Positions 51,732 through 60,579 of a stretch of 64,000 nt of DNA are shown piece after piece (positions within the stretch are counted from its first letter, which is position 1; each line of letters opens with the position of its first letter). The position numbers were made by a program, and so were the translations under genes. This stretch comes from an uncultured Actinomyces sp. Lineage in GTDB: Bacteria; Actinomycetota; Actinomycetes; S36-B12. Under the pieces are notes generated by a model. It was given only the letters and a program-made list of their open reading frames with translations. It ran no database searches and was not told the DNA's origin. Location: NCBI GenBank assembly GCA_964537955.1, contig CAZICY010000004.1:9316-73315 (forward strand), in the 5' to 3' direction.

Positions 51732-52939
51732 CCGCCGCCATCACGTCCCTCACGACGGCGAGGGAGCACGAGCTCGTCGCCTTCCGCCGCCGCCTCCACG
51801 CCAACCCCGAGCCTTCCTACGCCGAGCACGCGACCACGCAGGCCATCGCCGAGCGCCTTCAGGTCGCGGGTCTGCGTCCTCAGGTGCTCGAGATCGGCAC
51901 GGGCCTGGTCTGCGACGTGCCGGGCAACGCGCCAGGGCCCCTCGTCGTGCTGCGCGCCGACATCGACGCGCTGGCCATGCCCGATGGCACGACGACGGAG
52001 TACCGCTCGCGCCGCGAGGGTGTCGCGCACGCCTGCGGCCATGACGCGCATACCTCGATCGTGCTCGGTGCCGGACTCGTGCTGCGCGCGCTGACCGAGA
52101 TCGAATCCGTGCCGGGCACCGTGCGCCTGGTCTTCGAGCCCGGCGAGGAGTCGATCCCCGGCGGAGCGGTCGAGATCGTGCGGGAAGGCTGGATCACAGG
52201 AGCGGCGTACGTGCTCGGCCTGCACTGCGACCCCAAGATCGACCTCGGCCAGATCGGCCTGCGCACCGGTGCGCTCACCGCAGCCTCCGACACGGTCGAG
52301 ATCGTCGTCAGCGGCCCGGGCGGGCACACGGCGCGACCGCAGCTCACCGTCGACCTCGTGCAGGTCATGGCGGAGCTCGCCGCGGGGCTTCCGCGCGAGG
52401 TGCGCCGACGCCTCGGAGCGCCCGATGGCCCGCCCGGCAACGGCGACGACGAGGTGGTGGTCGTCTTCGGCGCCGTGCACGCCGGCGACGCGGCCAATGT
52501 CATCCCAGCGCACGGCACGCTGCGCTGCTCGGTGCGCTGCGCCGATCGCGCTGCCTGGGATCGTGCCGAGACGGTGGTGCGCGAGGTGGTCGCCGAGCTC
52601 CTCGATGGCTCGGGTGCGACCTGCACGGTCGACTACCGCCGCGGCACGCCGCCGGTCGTCAATGACGCGGCAGCCATCGAGGTGCTGGACACTGCCGCAC
52701 GCGCGGTCGTCGGCGATGTCGGTGTCCTGGAGGCACCGCGCTCGATGGGCGCGGACACCTTCGCGTGGTTCGGCGAGCACGCTCCATCGGCGTACGCGCG
52801 GCTCGGCACCCACTCCGGCGACCGACCCAGGCGCGACCTGCACGCCTCGACCTTCGACATCGACGAGCGTGCCATCGCCATCGGGACGCGTTTCCTCGCC
52901 GAGGCGGCCCTCATCGCGCTGCTGCGCCACCCTGCCTGA
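51728..52939 (+). CDS. M20D-family amidohydrolase (N-acyl-amino-acid amidohydrolase/hippuricase-like)
   Basis: GTGA overlap with the upstream gene. LHANPEPSYAEHATT, RADIDALAM, HACGHDAH and EPGEE metal-binding blocks. Confidence 0.8.
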   Translation: MTAAITSLTTAREHELVAFRRRLHANPEPSYAEHATTQAIAERLQVAGLRPQVLEIGTGLVCDVPGNAPGPLVVLRADIDALAMPDGTTTEYRSRREGVAHACGHDAHTSIVLGAGLVLRALTEIESVPGTVRLVFEPGEESIPGGAVEIVREGWITGAAYVLGLHCDPKIDLGQIGLRTGALTAASDTVEIVVSGPGGHTARPQLTVDLVQVMAELAAGLPREVRRRLGAPDGPPGNGDDEVVVVFGAVHAGDAANVIPAHGTLRCSVRCADRAAWDRAETVVREVVAELLDGSGATCTVDYRRGTPPVVNDAAAIEVLDTAARAVVGDVGVLEAPRSMGADTFAWFGEHAPSAYARLGTHSGDRPRRDLHASTFDIDERAIAIGTRFLAEAALIALLRHPA

Positions 52940-53002
52940 CCCCGTCTCCTCTGTGGCACCCCCGGGGATGCACGACGGCAGGGTCCGGGGCAGGCTGTTG
53001 GG

Positions 53003-53899
53003 GTGAACCCGATCGACTCCGCCGCCGAGCTCATCGCCGGCGGATTCCGGCGCCTGGTCTCGGGTGACCCCGAGGGTCAGCCGGAGTGGGTGCGCGAGCT
53101 CGAGCACGGCTCGGACACGGGCTACTTCGGCCCCGGGTCCGCGGCGTGGGCCGTCCACGGTTCCCTGCCGACTCTTGTGGGCGGCATCCGGGCACTCCTC
53201 GTGCAGGCGCTGCACCCCGCGGCCCTCGCGGGCGTGCAGCAGCACTCGCGCTACGAGGAGGACGCCCTCGGTCGCCTCGCCGGCACGACCCAGTGGCTCA
53301 CCGTCGTGACCTTCGGCGACACGACGCAGGCCGACCGCGAGTGCGCGCGTGTGCGTGGACTCCATCGCCGGGTGCGAGGGTTCTACGAGTCCCAGGGCAT
53401 CGAGAAGCCCTATGCCGCGAGCGATCCTGAGCTGCTGCGCTGGGTCCACGTGGCCTTCACCGACTCCTTCCTCGCTACCCATCGCGTCTGGGGAGGCCCC
53501 ATTCCTGGCGGCGAAGACGCCTACGTGCGCGAGTGGGCGAAGGCAGGTGACCTCGTCGGCGTCGTCGATCCGCCGCGCTCCGTCGCGGAGCTCGACGCCC
53601 AGATGGCGGGGTTCGCGCCCGTGCTCACGCGATCGGAGGCGAGCGAGCGCACCGTGCGATTCATCCGGCAGGCTCCACTCCCGCTGCCCGCGCGGCCGCC
53701 CTATGGCGTGCTCTTCGCGGGTGCCGTCGCGACCCTTCCCGCGCAGCAGCGCCGCCTGCTCGGTCTGCCGCCCGTGCCGCTGGCGGTCGCGCGACCAGCC
53801 GTCGGGGCGCTGCTCGGTGCGATGGGGGCGATCCTCGGCCGGCAGTCACCGTCGCAGCGCAACGCGCGCCGTCGCGCCGCGCGCCTGGATGTCGCCTGA
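53003..53899 (+). CDS. MpaB/DUF2236-family oxygenase-like protein
   Basis: GPGSAAWAVHGS…GGIRALLVQALHPAALAGVQQHS…ARVRGLHRRVRG matches the DUF2236 pattern. Confidence 0.65.
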   Translation: MNPIDSAAELIAGGFRRLVSGDPEGQPEWVRELEHGSDTGYFGPGSAAWAVHGSLPTLVGGIRALLVQALHPAALAGVQQHSRYEEDALGRLAGTTQWLTVVTFGDTTQADRECARVRGLHRRVRGFYESQGIEKPYAASDPELLRWVHVAFTDSFLATHRVWGGPIPGGEDAYVREWAKAGDLVGVVDPPRSVAELDAQMAGFAPVLTRSEASERTVRFIRQAPLPLPARPPYGVLFAGAVATLPAQQRRLLGLPPVPLAVARPAVGALLGAMGAILGRQSPSQRNARRRAARLDVA

Positions 53900-53912
53900 C
53901 GCCGCAGCGGGC

Positions 53913-54329
53913 TCAAGGAGCGTCGGGTACGTCGCGAGCGTTCTTCTGGGCCTGGTTGATCACGGTGGCACCGCTCACGAGTGCCTTGCGCCATGGCGGC
54001 ACCCCATCGATCTCGATCTCGAGGGAGAAGGACAGGAATGTCCGGATGAGGACGATGAGTCCCAGGACGACGACGTTGTCGAGGGTGGGGGCGACGGCGA
54101 CGGTGCGGATGAGGTCGCCTGCGACGAGGATCTCGAGGCTGAGCAGCAGCACGCCGCCGAAGGTCTGGCGCATGAGCTTGTACGCCGCGGAGCCGCTGCG
54201 ACTGCGGATCCACAAGCGCAGGGAGACGAAGCCGGCAAAGAACAGGCCGATCATGAGGACTGCCGCCGCGATGACCTCGAACGTCTGGGCCACGACCAGC
54301 ATCGCCTGGGTGTAGGTCTCCTCGTTCAC
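53913..54329 (-). CDS. DUF1622-family membrane protein
   Basis: 138 aa. …FGGVLLLSLEILVAGDLIRTVAV.PTLDNVVVLGLIVLIRTFLSFSLEIEIDG is the DUF1622 signature as I recall it. Confidence 0.65.
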   Translation of the reverse strand: MNEETYTQAMLVVAQTFEVIAAAVLMIGLFFAGFVSLRLWIRSRSGSAAYKLMRQTFGGVLLLSLEILVAGDLIRTVAVAPTLDNVVVLGLIVLIRTFLSFSLEIEIDGVPPWRKALVSGATVINQAQKNARDVPDAP

Positions 54330-54342
54330 GATGCCGCCCCGG

Positions 54343-55791
54343 TCACGACGACATTCCTATCAGCGCCCTGATCTCGTCGAGGGTGCCTTCGACCAGTTCA
54401 TGGGGATCGGGCACGAGCGAGGCGTCCGTGGCGAAGCCCACCGTCACCGTGCCGGCGTAGGAGAAGACCGTGCAGGTCATCGGCTGGTCACCTGAGGACG
54501 GAGCGAAGCCGATCACCTGGCGCACGCCCACACCGGCGAAGGTGAGTGGGGCGCGTGGGCCGGGGACGTTGGTGAGCACGCCCACGGCCTTGTTGGCGAA
54601 GAAGTCCGTGAGCGCGGTGCTCACCGGGCGCGGCGCGGCGGAGATCCCCCGCTGCACGCCGAAGGTGATGATCGGCTCCTCTGAGCGCTTGATCCGGTCC
54701 ATGCGCGCGCGGGTGCGCTGGAGCCGCTCGACGGGGTCACCGGGATCGAGGGGCAGCACGGCCATGACGAGCGCAAAGAAGTTGCCCAGGTCCTCCGGGA
54801 GGTTCTCGGCGATGGGCACGAGGTTGACCGGCACCATCCACTCGATCTCGGCGACGTCCTCCACCCCGCGTGCGTGGAGATAGCGACGCAGGCCGCCGGC
54901 GACGGCCGTGAGCAGGACGTCGTTGACGCTCGCGCCATGGTGGCGTCCGACCTCCTTGACCGCGTCGAGTGGGATCCCGGGGGACCATGCAACGGCCTTG
55001 TGCAGGCCGGGCGTTCCGCTCCACACCGTGCGCACGGTGGTGCCGCGCAGCGCGAGCTTGGCGACCGACGCCGTGGTGTTGGCGAACCTGTTGTCCAGGC
55101 CCATGGCCTCGAAGGCATCGACGAGCCGGCCGGGGCTGCGCAGGACCTCCGCCCAGATCTCCGCGCCGGTGCCCAGGGCGCGACGGGTGTCCCGGGTGAG
55201 GGTGTTCGCGCCGCGCGCGACAGCGCGCGCGGCGTCGGCGATGGCCTCTCCGGTCGCCGTCACGATGCTCGCCGCCATGCCCGCGGGTCCGCCGGTCGGC
55301 CTGCTCCGCGCCACCATGGCCACCACGCGCGGGTCGGTCGTGTCGCACAGGCTGAGCATCACCTGGGTGAGTCGCACGCCGTCGGCGATCGCATGGTGGA
55401 AGCGGCAGACGAGCGCTGATCCGACGCCACCGCCATCGAGCGACACCCGCTCGACGAGGGCGATGTCCCACAGCGGCCGGTCGCGGTCCAGCGGTCGCGC
55501 CCTCTGCTCCGACACGTACTGCTCCAACTCGGCCATGCCGGCGGGCTCGGGCAGCTGCACGCGCCTGATGTGGCGCTCAAGGTGGAAGTGCGCATCGGCC
55601 TGCCACACCCATCCGCCCTCGCTCAGGAGCGCGCGGGAGCGGAAGACGGGGAAGCGCTCGATCACGCGCTCGGTGATCGCCTGGATGAGCGCATCCCACT
55701 CCGGCTCGGCGTCGAAGAGCATCACGCCGTCGATGACCATGAGGTTGTTGGGCCGATCCATGGTGAGCCACAGCGCGTCCTGTGCGCTCAT
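54343..55791 (-). CDS. Wax ester synthase/diacylglycerol acyltransferase (WS/DGAT)
   Basis: Start re-derived to ATG 55791 (MSAQDALWLTMDRPNNLMVI). Active-site HHAIADG. NDVLLTAVAGGLRRYL. The C-terminal SNVPGP is degenerated to TNVPGP. Confidence 0.8.
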   Translation of the reverse strand: MSAQDALWLTMDRPNNLMVIDGVMLFDAEPEWDALIQAITERVIERFPVFRSRALLSEGGWVWQADAHFHLERHIRRVQLPEPAGMAELEQYVSEQRARPLDRDRPLWDIALVERVSLDGGGVGSALVCRFHHAIADGVRLTQVMLSLCDTTDPRVVAMVARSRPTGGPAGMAASIVTATGEAIADAARAVARGANTLTRDTRRALGTGAEIWAEVLRSPGRLVDAFEAMGLDNRFANTTASVAKLALRGTTVRTVWSGTPGLHKAVAWSPGIPLDAVKEVGRHHGASVNDVLLTAVAGGLRRYLHARGVEDVAEIEWMVPVNLVPIAENLPEDLGNFFALVMAVLPLDPGDPVERLQRTRARMDRIKRSEEPIITFGVQRGISAAPRPVSTALTDFFANKAVGVLTNVPGPRAPLTFAGVGVRQVIGFAPSSGDQPMTCTVFSYAGTVTVGFATDASLVPDPHELVEGTLDEIRALIGMSS

Positions 55792-55917
55792 GGGTCGCTG
55801 GTCGTCCGGCACGGCTCGCCTCTCTGACCGGGGTGTCCCGGCCCCGGGCCGGCGGAGCCGCCCCTGTCGGGTCACCACGGTACGCCGACTCCGCGGTCCC
55901 GGTGACAGGATGCCCGC

Positions 55918-57942
55918 ATGAGCGAGCCGGTGTTCGTGCCCTCGGGGTCGCCCACCCGCATGGCCGCCTTCGCCGCTGCGGCGAGCGGCAGGGCCGGCCG
56001 GGACCTGACGGCGTACGACGACCTGCACGCCTGGTCCGTCGCTGAACCCGACGCCTTCTGGTCGCTGGTGTGGGATCACTTCGGCGTCGTCGGCGAGCGA
56101 GGCGAAGTGGCGGCGGAGCCCGCGGCACTCCCGGACGCGAGGTTCTTCCCCGGCGCGAGCCTCAACATCGTCGACACCTACCTGCGACCGGTGCCCGAGC
56201 GGGACGCTGAAGGGCTGCCGATCGTGGTGCAGACCGCTGAGGTGGGCGAGTCGATCCGCGTCGTCGCATCGCTCACGCGGGAGGAGTTGCTCGAGCGCGT
56301 GTCCGCGACCGCGGCCGCCCTCCGAGCCCGCGGCGTCACGCCGGGGGACCAGGTCGCGCTTGTGCTTCCGGTCGGCATCGAGGCCCTCGTCGTTACCCTC
56401 GCGGGCCTCGCGGTGGGCGCGGTGGTGTCGAGTGCGGCGCCGGAGTTCGGCGTGCCCGCGATCGTGGACCGCTTCGGCCAGCTCGACCCTGTGGTCCTCG
56501 TGGGCACCACGTCCTATCGCTGGGCGGGCAAGCGCCATGATCGCCGCGACCACCTGGTCGAGCTCGTGCGCGAGCTGCCGAGCGTGCGTGCGGTGCTCGT
56601 CGTCCCCGGGGCCGACGACCTCACCAGCCCGATCGATCCGGATGTCGTCGACGTGGCGGGGATCGCGGCCCGCTGCGTGGCCGGGAGTGACCGACTGCTC
56701 CAGGTGGACCTGCTCACCGACGCGGAGCGGCGCCATCGCGGAGCAGCCCTGAAGGCGGAGGTGCTGCCCTTCGATCACCCGGCCTACGTGCTCTTCTCCT
56801 CCGGCACGACGGGCAAGCCCAAGTGCCTCGTGCACCGCGCAGGAGGCGTGCTCGTCAAGCACCTGGTCGAGGCGGCCCTGCACGGCGACTTCGGCCCGGG
56901 TGATCGCGTCGGCTTTTACACCACCACCGGCTGGATGATGTGGAATTGGGCGGTGTCAGTCCTCGCGACCGGCGCGACGCTCGTGCTCCACGACGGCGCC
57001 CCGGCGTACCCCACGAGCGACGCGCTCTTCTCACTCGCTGACGTTGCCGACCTCACCCACCTCGGCCTGGGTGCGCGCCTGCTCGATGCCATGCGCTCCG
57101 ACGGGCGCGCTCTGCGCGAGGGACGGGATCTCACGCGTCTGCGCATGGTGCTCGTGACCGGCTCCCCGCTCACCGAGCCCACTGCGCGCTGGCTCGTCGA
57201 CGAGCTCGGCGAGGCAGTGATGCCGCAGCCCATCTCGGGCGGCACTGACCTCGTCGGCTGCTTCCTCTCGGCCTCGCCGACCCTGCCGGTGTTGCCCGGC
57301 GAGATCACCCGACCCGCCCTGGGCATGGACGTCGTGGTCTACGACGACGACGGCAGCCCTACGACCGACGGCACCCCGGGCGAGCTCGTCTGCCGCAATT
57401 CCTTCCCCACCGTGCCGCTGGGCATCTGGGGCGATGACGACGGATCCCGCCTGCACGACACCTACTTCGCGCGCTTCCCCGGCGTGTGGACGCACGGCGA
57501 CCTGACCTCGCGCACGGACAACGGCGGCTTCATCATCCACGGGCGGTCCGACGCGACTCTCAACGTCGCGGGCGTGCGCATCGGCACGGGCGAGATCTAC
57601 GCCGCACTCGAGCACGTGTCGGACGTCGTCGATGCCCTCGCCTTCGCTCAGTCCTGGGACGGCGACACGCGCATGGTGCTCCTGGTCGTCCTCGCGCCCG
57701 GCACCGCGCTGGACGACGACCTGCGCGACCGCATCCGCAGCACCCTGCGCGAGCGCGGCTCCCCGCGGCATGTGCCCGCCGTGATCGCCCAGGTGGCCGA
57801 GCTGCCGCGCACCCTCACGGGCAAGCTCGCGGAGATCGCCGTGGCAGACACCGTCAACGGCCGGCCGGTGCGCAATCGCGACGCCCTCGCGAATCCCGAG
57901 TCGCTCGATTCCATCGCCGCGCTGGGGGAACTGCGGGCCTGA
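55918..57942 (+). CDS. Acetoacetate-CoA ligase (acetoacetyl-CoA synthetase)
   Basis: 674 aa. N-terminal …LHAWSVAEPDAFWSLVWDHFGV, AMP motif FSSGTTGKPKC, WTHGD and GRSDATLNVAGVRIGTGEIY. Confidence 0.8.
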   Translation: MSEPVFVPSGSPTRMAAFAAAASGRAGRDLTAYDDLHAWSVAEPDAFWSLVWDHFGVVGERGEVAAEPAALPDARFFPGASLNIVDTYLRPVPERDAEGLPIVVQTAEVGESIRVVASLTREELLERVSATAAALRARGVTPGDQVALVLPVGIEALVVTLAGLAVGAVVSSAAPEFGVPAIVDRFGQLDPVVLVGTTSYRWAGKRHDRRDHLVELVRELPSVRAVLVVPGADDLTSPIDPDVVDVAGIAARCVAGSDRLLQVDLLTDAERRHRGAALKAEVLPFDHPAYVLFSSGTTGKPKCLVHRAGGVLVKHLVEAALHGDFGPGDRVGFYTTTGWMMWNWAVSVLATGATLVLHDGAPAYPTSDALFSLADVADLTHLGLGARLLDAMRSDGRALREGRDLTRLRMVLVTGSPLTEPTARWLVDELGEAVMPQPISGGTDLVGCFLSASPTLPVLPGEITRPALGMDVVVYDDDGSPTTDGTPGELVCRNSFPTVPLGIWGDDDGSRLHDTYFARFPGVWTHGDLTSRTDNGGFIIHGRSDATLNVAGVRIGTGEIYAALEHVSDVVDALAFAQSWDGDTRMVLLVVLAPGTALDDDLRDRIRSTLRERGSPRHVPAVIAQVAELPRTLTGKLAEIAVADTVNGRPVRNRDALANPESLDSIAALGELRA

Positions 57943-57997
57943 GCGTTCCGCTGCGCGGACTGGCAGGGTCGGCGTATCCCGGGCCGGTCGGCAGGAT

Positions 57998-58654
57998 GTG
58001 CCCATGGAAGCAGCGCAGGCACTCCTCCTCGACGTCGGCGTCGTGCTCTTCAAGTCCGCCTGGGAGATCGCCGACGACTACGAGCGCCTGCGCGGCCTGC
58101 CCGCTGGCACGGTCGTGGGCCGTGGTCCGCTCGAGTGGACAGCCCCCGACGAGACCTGGGAGCGCTACCGACGCGGTGAGATCACCGAGCGGGAGTACTG
58201 GCTCACCTTCGCCGACACTGCGGTGGCCAACGGCGCGCCGCTCGACGGCCACCCGCATCTCATGCGCGCGATGTTCCAGCAGCCCGGAGTGGAGCCCGTG
58301 CGTCCCGAAGCCCTCGCCCTAGTCGAGGAGTGCAAGGTCGCGGGTCGCAAGCTCGGCATTCTCACCAATGAGCTCATGGACTTCCAGGGCCGGGAGTGGG
58401 TGGAGTCACAGGGGTGGTTCCCGGACTTCCCCGTGCTCGTCGACTCGTCCGAACTCGGCATCCGCAAGCCCGACCCGCGCCCCTACCTCCTCTCCGCCGA
58501 GCTGCTCGGGCTGCCGCCCGAGGCGATCGTCTTCATCGACGACAACCCCGCCTACGTCGCGGGAGGCAGCGCCGTCGGGATGCGCAGCATCCTCCTCGAC
58601 GTCCTCGACCCGGCCGCGGCCTTCGACGAGGCCAGGAGAGAACTCGGCCTATAG
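57998..58654 (+). CDS. HAD-superfamily hydrolase
   Basis: LLLDVGVVLF (motif I, degenerate DxG), ILTNE (motif II) and FIDDNPAYV (motif IV-like). The start is GTG 57998 or ATG 58004. Confidence 0.6.
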   Translation: MPMEAAQALLLDVGVVLFKSAWEIADDYERLRGLPAGTVVGRGPLEWTAPDETWERYRRGEITEREYWLTFADTAVANGAPLDGHPHLMRAMFQQPGVEPVRPEALALVEECKVAGRKLGILTNELMDFQGREWVESQGWFPDFPVLVDSSELGIRKPDPRPYLLSAELLGLPPEAIVFIDDNPAYVAGGSAVGMRSILLDVLDPAAAFDEARRELGL

Positions 58655-58737
58655 TCCCCGGCGCCCGTCGGTGGCATGTGCCACGATGTCCTGGCACCGC
58701 CACGGGGGAGGTGCTCGTTCAGGATTCGGGGGAATCC

Positions 58738-59265
58738 ATGTCCATCGGGGGGACCGACGCTCGCGTGCTCGTGCTCGGGGGCGCTCCAGGCGACGACATT
58801 GCCGGGCTCATGGGAGTCCTCGGCGGCGCGGGATACCGCGTGGACGTGCGCGACCACTCCGACGCCACGGGCCGGCTCCCCATCGAGGCCATGGACTACG
58901 ACATCGTCGTGCTCAGCCCGCGTGCCCTCGCCCCCCAGCCCGCTCCGGCTGCCGAGCTCGGCGATGTCGTAGTCGGCCGGCTGCGCATCGATTCGCGACG
59001 GCGGCTGGTCATGGTCGACGAAGCGCCCGTGCGCATGTCCGCGCGCGAGTTCACCCTGCTCCACCACCTGGCCGCACACCCGGGCGTCGTCTTCAGCCGG
59101 GAGGCGCTGCTGCGGGCGGTGTGGGGGTCGACTTGGCGCACCGAGGGCTCCGTGACGGAGTACATCCGCCGCCTGCGCATGATCCTCGCGCCCACCGGTC
59201 TCGGCGAGTGCATCGTCACCCGCAAGGGCTTCGGCTACTCCTTCGACCCTGACGCAGCGGGCTGA
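58738..59265 (+). CDS. OmpR/PhoB-type winged-helix regulator with truncated, non-phosphorylatable receiver remnant
   Basis: Start re-derived to ATG 58738. The C-terminal …RMSAREFTLLHHLAAHPGVVFSREALLRAVWG…VTEYIRRLRMIL…IVTRKGFGYSF is Trans_reg_C. The N-terminal ~75 aa cover only beta1-beta3 of a receiver, with Ser where the acceptor Asp would be (DIVVLSP). Confidence 0.65.
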   Translation: MSIGGTDARVLVLGGAPGDDIAGLMGVLGGAGYRVDVRDHSDATGRLPIEAMDYDIVVLSPRALAPQPAPAAELGDVVVGRLRIDSRRRLVMVDEAPVRMSAREFTLLHHLAAHPGVVFSREALLRAVWGSTWRTEGSVTEYIRRLRMILAPTGLGECIVTRKGFGYSFDPDAAG

Positions 59266-60579
59266 CTACCTGCGGCGCGCGGCGAAGCCGAGGTAGGCCA
59301 GCCCCGCCAGCCCCACCGCGGTGGCCACGCCCGCGACCGTGCGCTGCTTGCGCACCGTCGGCTCGATCTCGGCGTAGGGGATCGTGCTGAAGCTCACCAT
59401 CTCGTAGCGGGTCTTGTAGCGATCGCCCAGCGCGCGGTGCAGCAGCAGCTCGGTGCTGTGCAGGGCGCGGTAGGACAGTGAGTTCACGGAGTCGCGCATC
59501 TCGATGAAGTTGTGCAGCGCGAGGTCGGCGATCGCGTCGCCCTGGGGCTTGCGGATCCGCGCGTAGGCATCGAGGGCGGGCTCCCAGCTGCCGGCGTGCA
59601 GCTCCAACTGCGCGACGAGCTCGATGCAGTCCTCGAACCCGGCGTTGGCTCCCTGGCCGTAGAAGGGGCAGATGGCGTGGGCGGCATCGCCGACGAGGGC
59701 TACGCGGCCGGCGTTCCACGGCGAGCACCGAACGGTGAGGAGCGCGCCCACCGGATTGAGGCGGTAGTCCTCTTCGAGGCCCGGCATGAGTTCGGAGGCG
59801 TCGGGGTAGTTGTCGTCGAAGTAGCGGCGGGCCTGCTCAGGGGTGGAGATCTCCTCGAAGGAGCCCGGTCCCGACCGCGGCCAGAAGAGCGTAGCGGTGA
59901 AGGACTTGTCGAGGTTGGGCAGGGCGATCATCATCGAGGCGCCGCGCGGCCAGATGTGCAGGGCGCCCGGGTCCAGGGCGTAGTCGCCGTCGACCGGCGG
60001 GATCGTGAGCTCCTTGTAGCTGTGGCTGAGGTAGTCCTGCGAGAAGTCGAAACCCACGCGGCCCTGCATCGCCCGCCGCACGACACTGAAGGCCCCGTCC
60101 GCGCCGATGATGGCCTGAGCCGTGATGTCGACCGATCCCTCCGGGGAGGCGAAGGACATCGTGCGGGCATCGAGGTCGAGCGCGGTGAGCCGGTGCTCGA
60201 AGTGCAGGCTGACTCCGGGCAGCTTCTCCGCGGCGTCGAGGAGCACGGCGTTGAGCTCGCCTCGGCTGATCGAGTTGATCCCGCGCTCGCCGTCGGCGCT
60301 GTAGGGCTGGAACTCCTCCTCGCCTGTCACGGTGTGGATCATGCGGCCGCGCATGAGCAGTCCGCGCGCGAGGACGTCGTCCTCGAGCCCGACCTGCTGG
60401 AGGGCGGTGAGCCCGCGCGTGGAGATGGCGAGGTTGATGCTCCGGCCCCGCTCGGCTCCCGCCTGGCGCGGGTCGGGGCGCCGCTCGTAGACGGCCACGT
60501 CGTAGCCGCGCTGGCCCAGCATGGTGGCCAGCAGGGCGCCGGTGAGCCCGGCCCCGACGATCGCGACGCGCTCGGTCAT
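59266..60579 (-). CDS. kmo: Kynurenine 3-monooxygenase (FAD-dependent)
   Basis: VAIVGAGLTGALLATMLGQRGYDVAVYERRPDPR…GRSINLAISTRG…, LVGDAAHAICPFYGQGANAGFEDC, and a C-terminal TM helix. Confidence 0.8.
   Translation of the reverse strand: MTERVAIVGAGLTGALLATMLGQRGYDVAVYERRPDPRQAGAERGRSINLAISTRGLTALQQVGLEDDVLARGLLMRGRMIHTVTGEEEFQPYSADGERGINSISRGELNAVLLDAAEKLPGVSLHFEHRLTALDLDARTMSFASPEGSVDITAQAIIGADGAFSVVRRAMQGRVGFDFSQDYLSHSYKELTIPPVDGDYALDPGALHIWPRGASMMIALPNLDKSFTATLFWPRSGPGSFEEISTPEQARRYFDDNYPDASELMPGLEEDYRLNPVGALLTVRCSPWNAGRVALVGDAAHAICPFYGQGANAGFEDCIELVAQLELHAGSWEPALDAYARIRKPQGDAIADLALHNFIEMRDSVNSLSYRALHSTELLLHRALGDRYKTRYEMVSFSTIPYAEIEPTVRKQRTVAGVATAVGLAGLAYLGFAARRR

Noticed and set aside
51620-53482. 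620-aa minus-strand ORF
   Set aside because: It is antisense to the M20D amidohydrolase and MpaB-like genes. It spans an intergenic gap and has Arg/Gly-rich composition.
55792-56883. N-terminal 364-aa extension of the WS/DGAT ORF (track ORF 54343-56883)
   Set aside because: The extension is antisense to the acetoacetyl-CoA synthetase gene and is Arg-rich junk. The family-typical N-terminus MSAQDALWLTMDRP begins at 55791.
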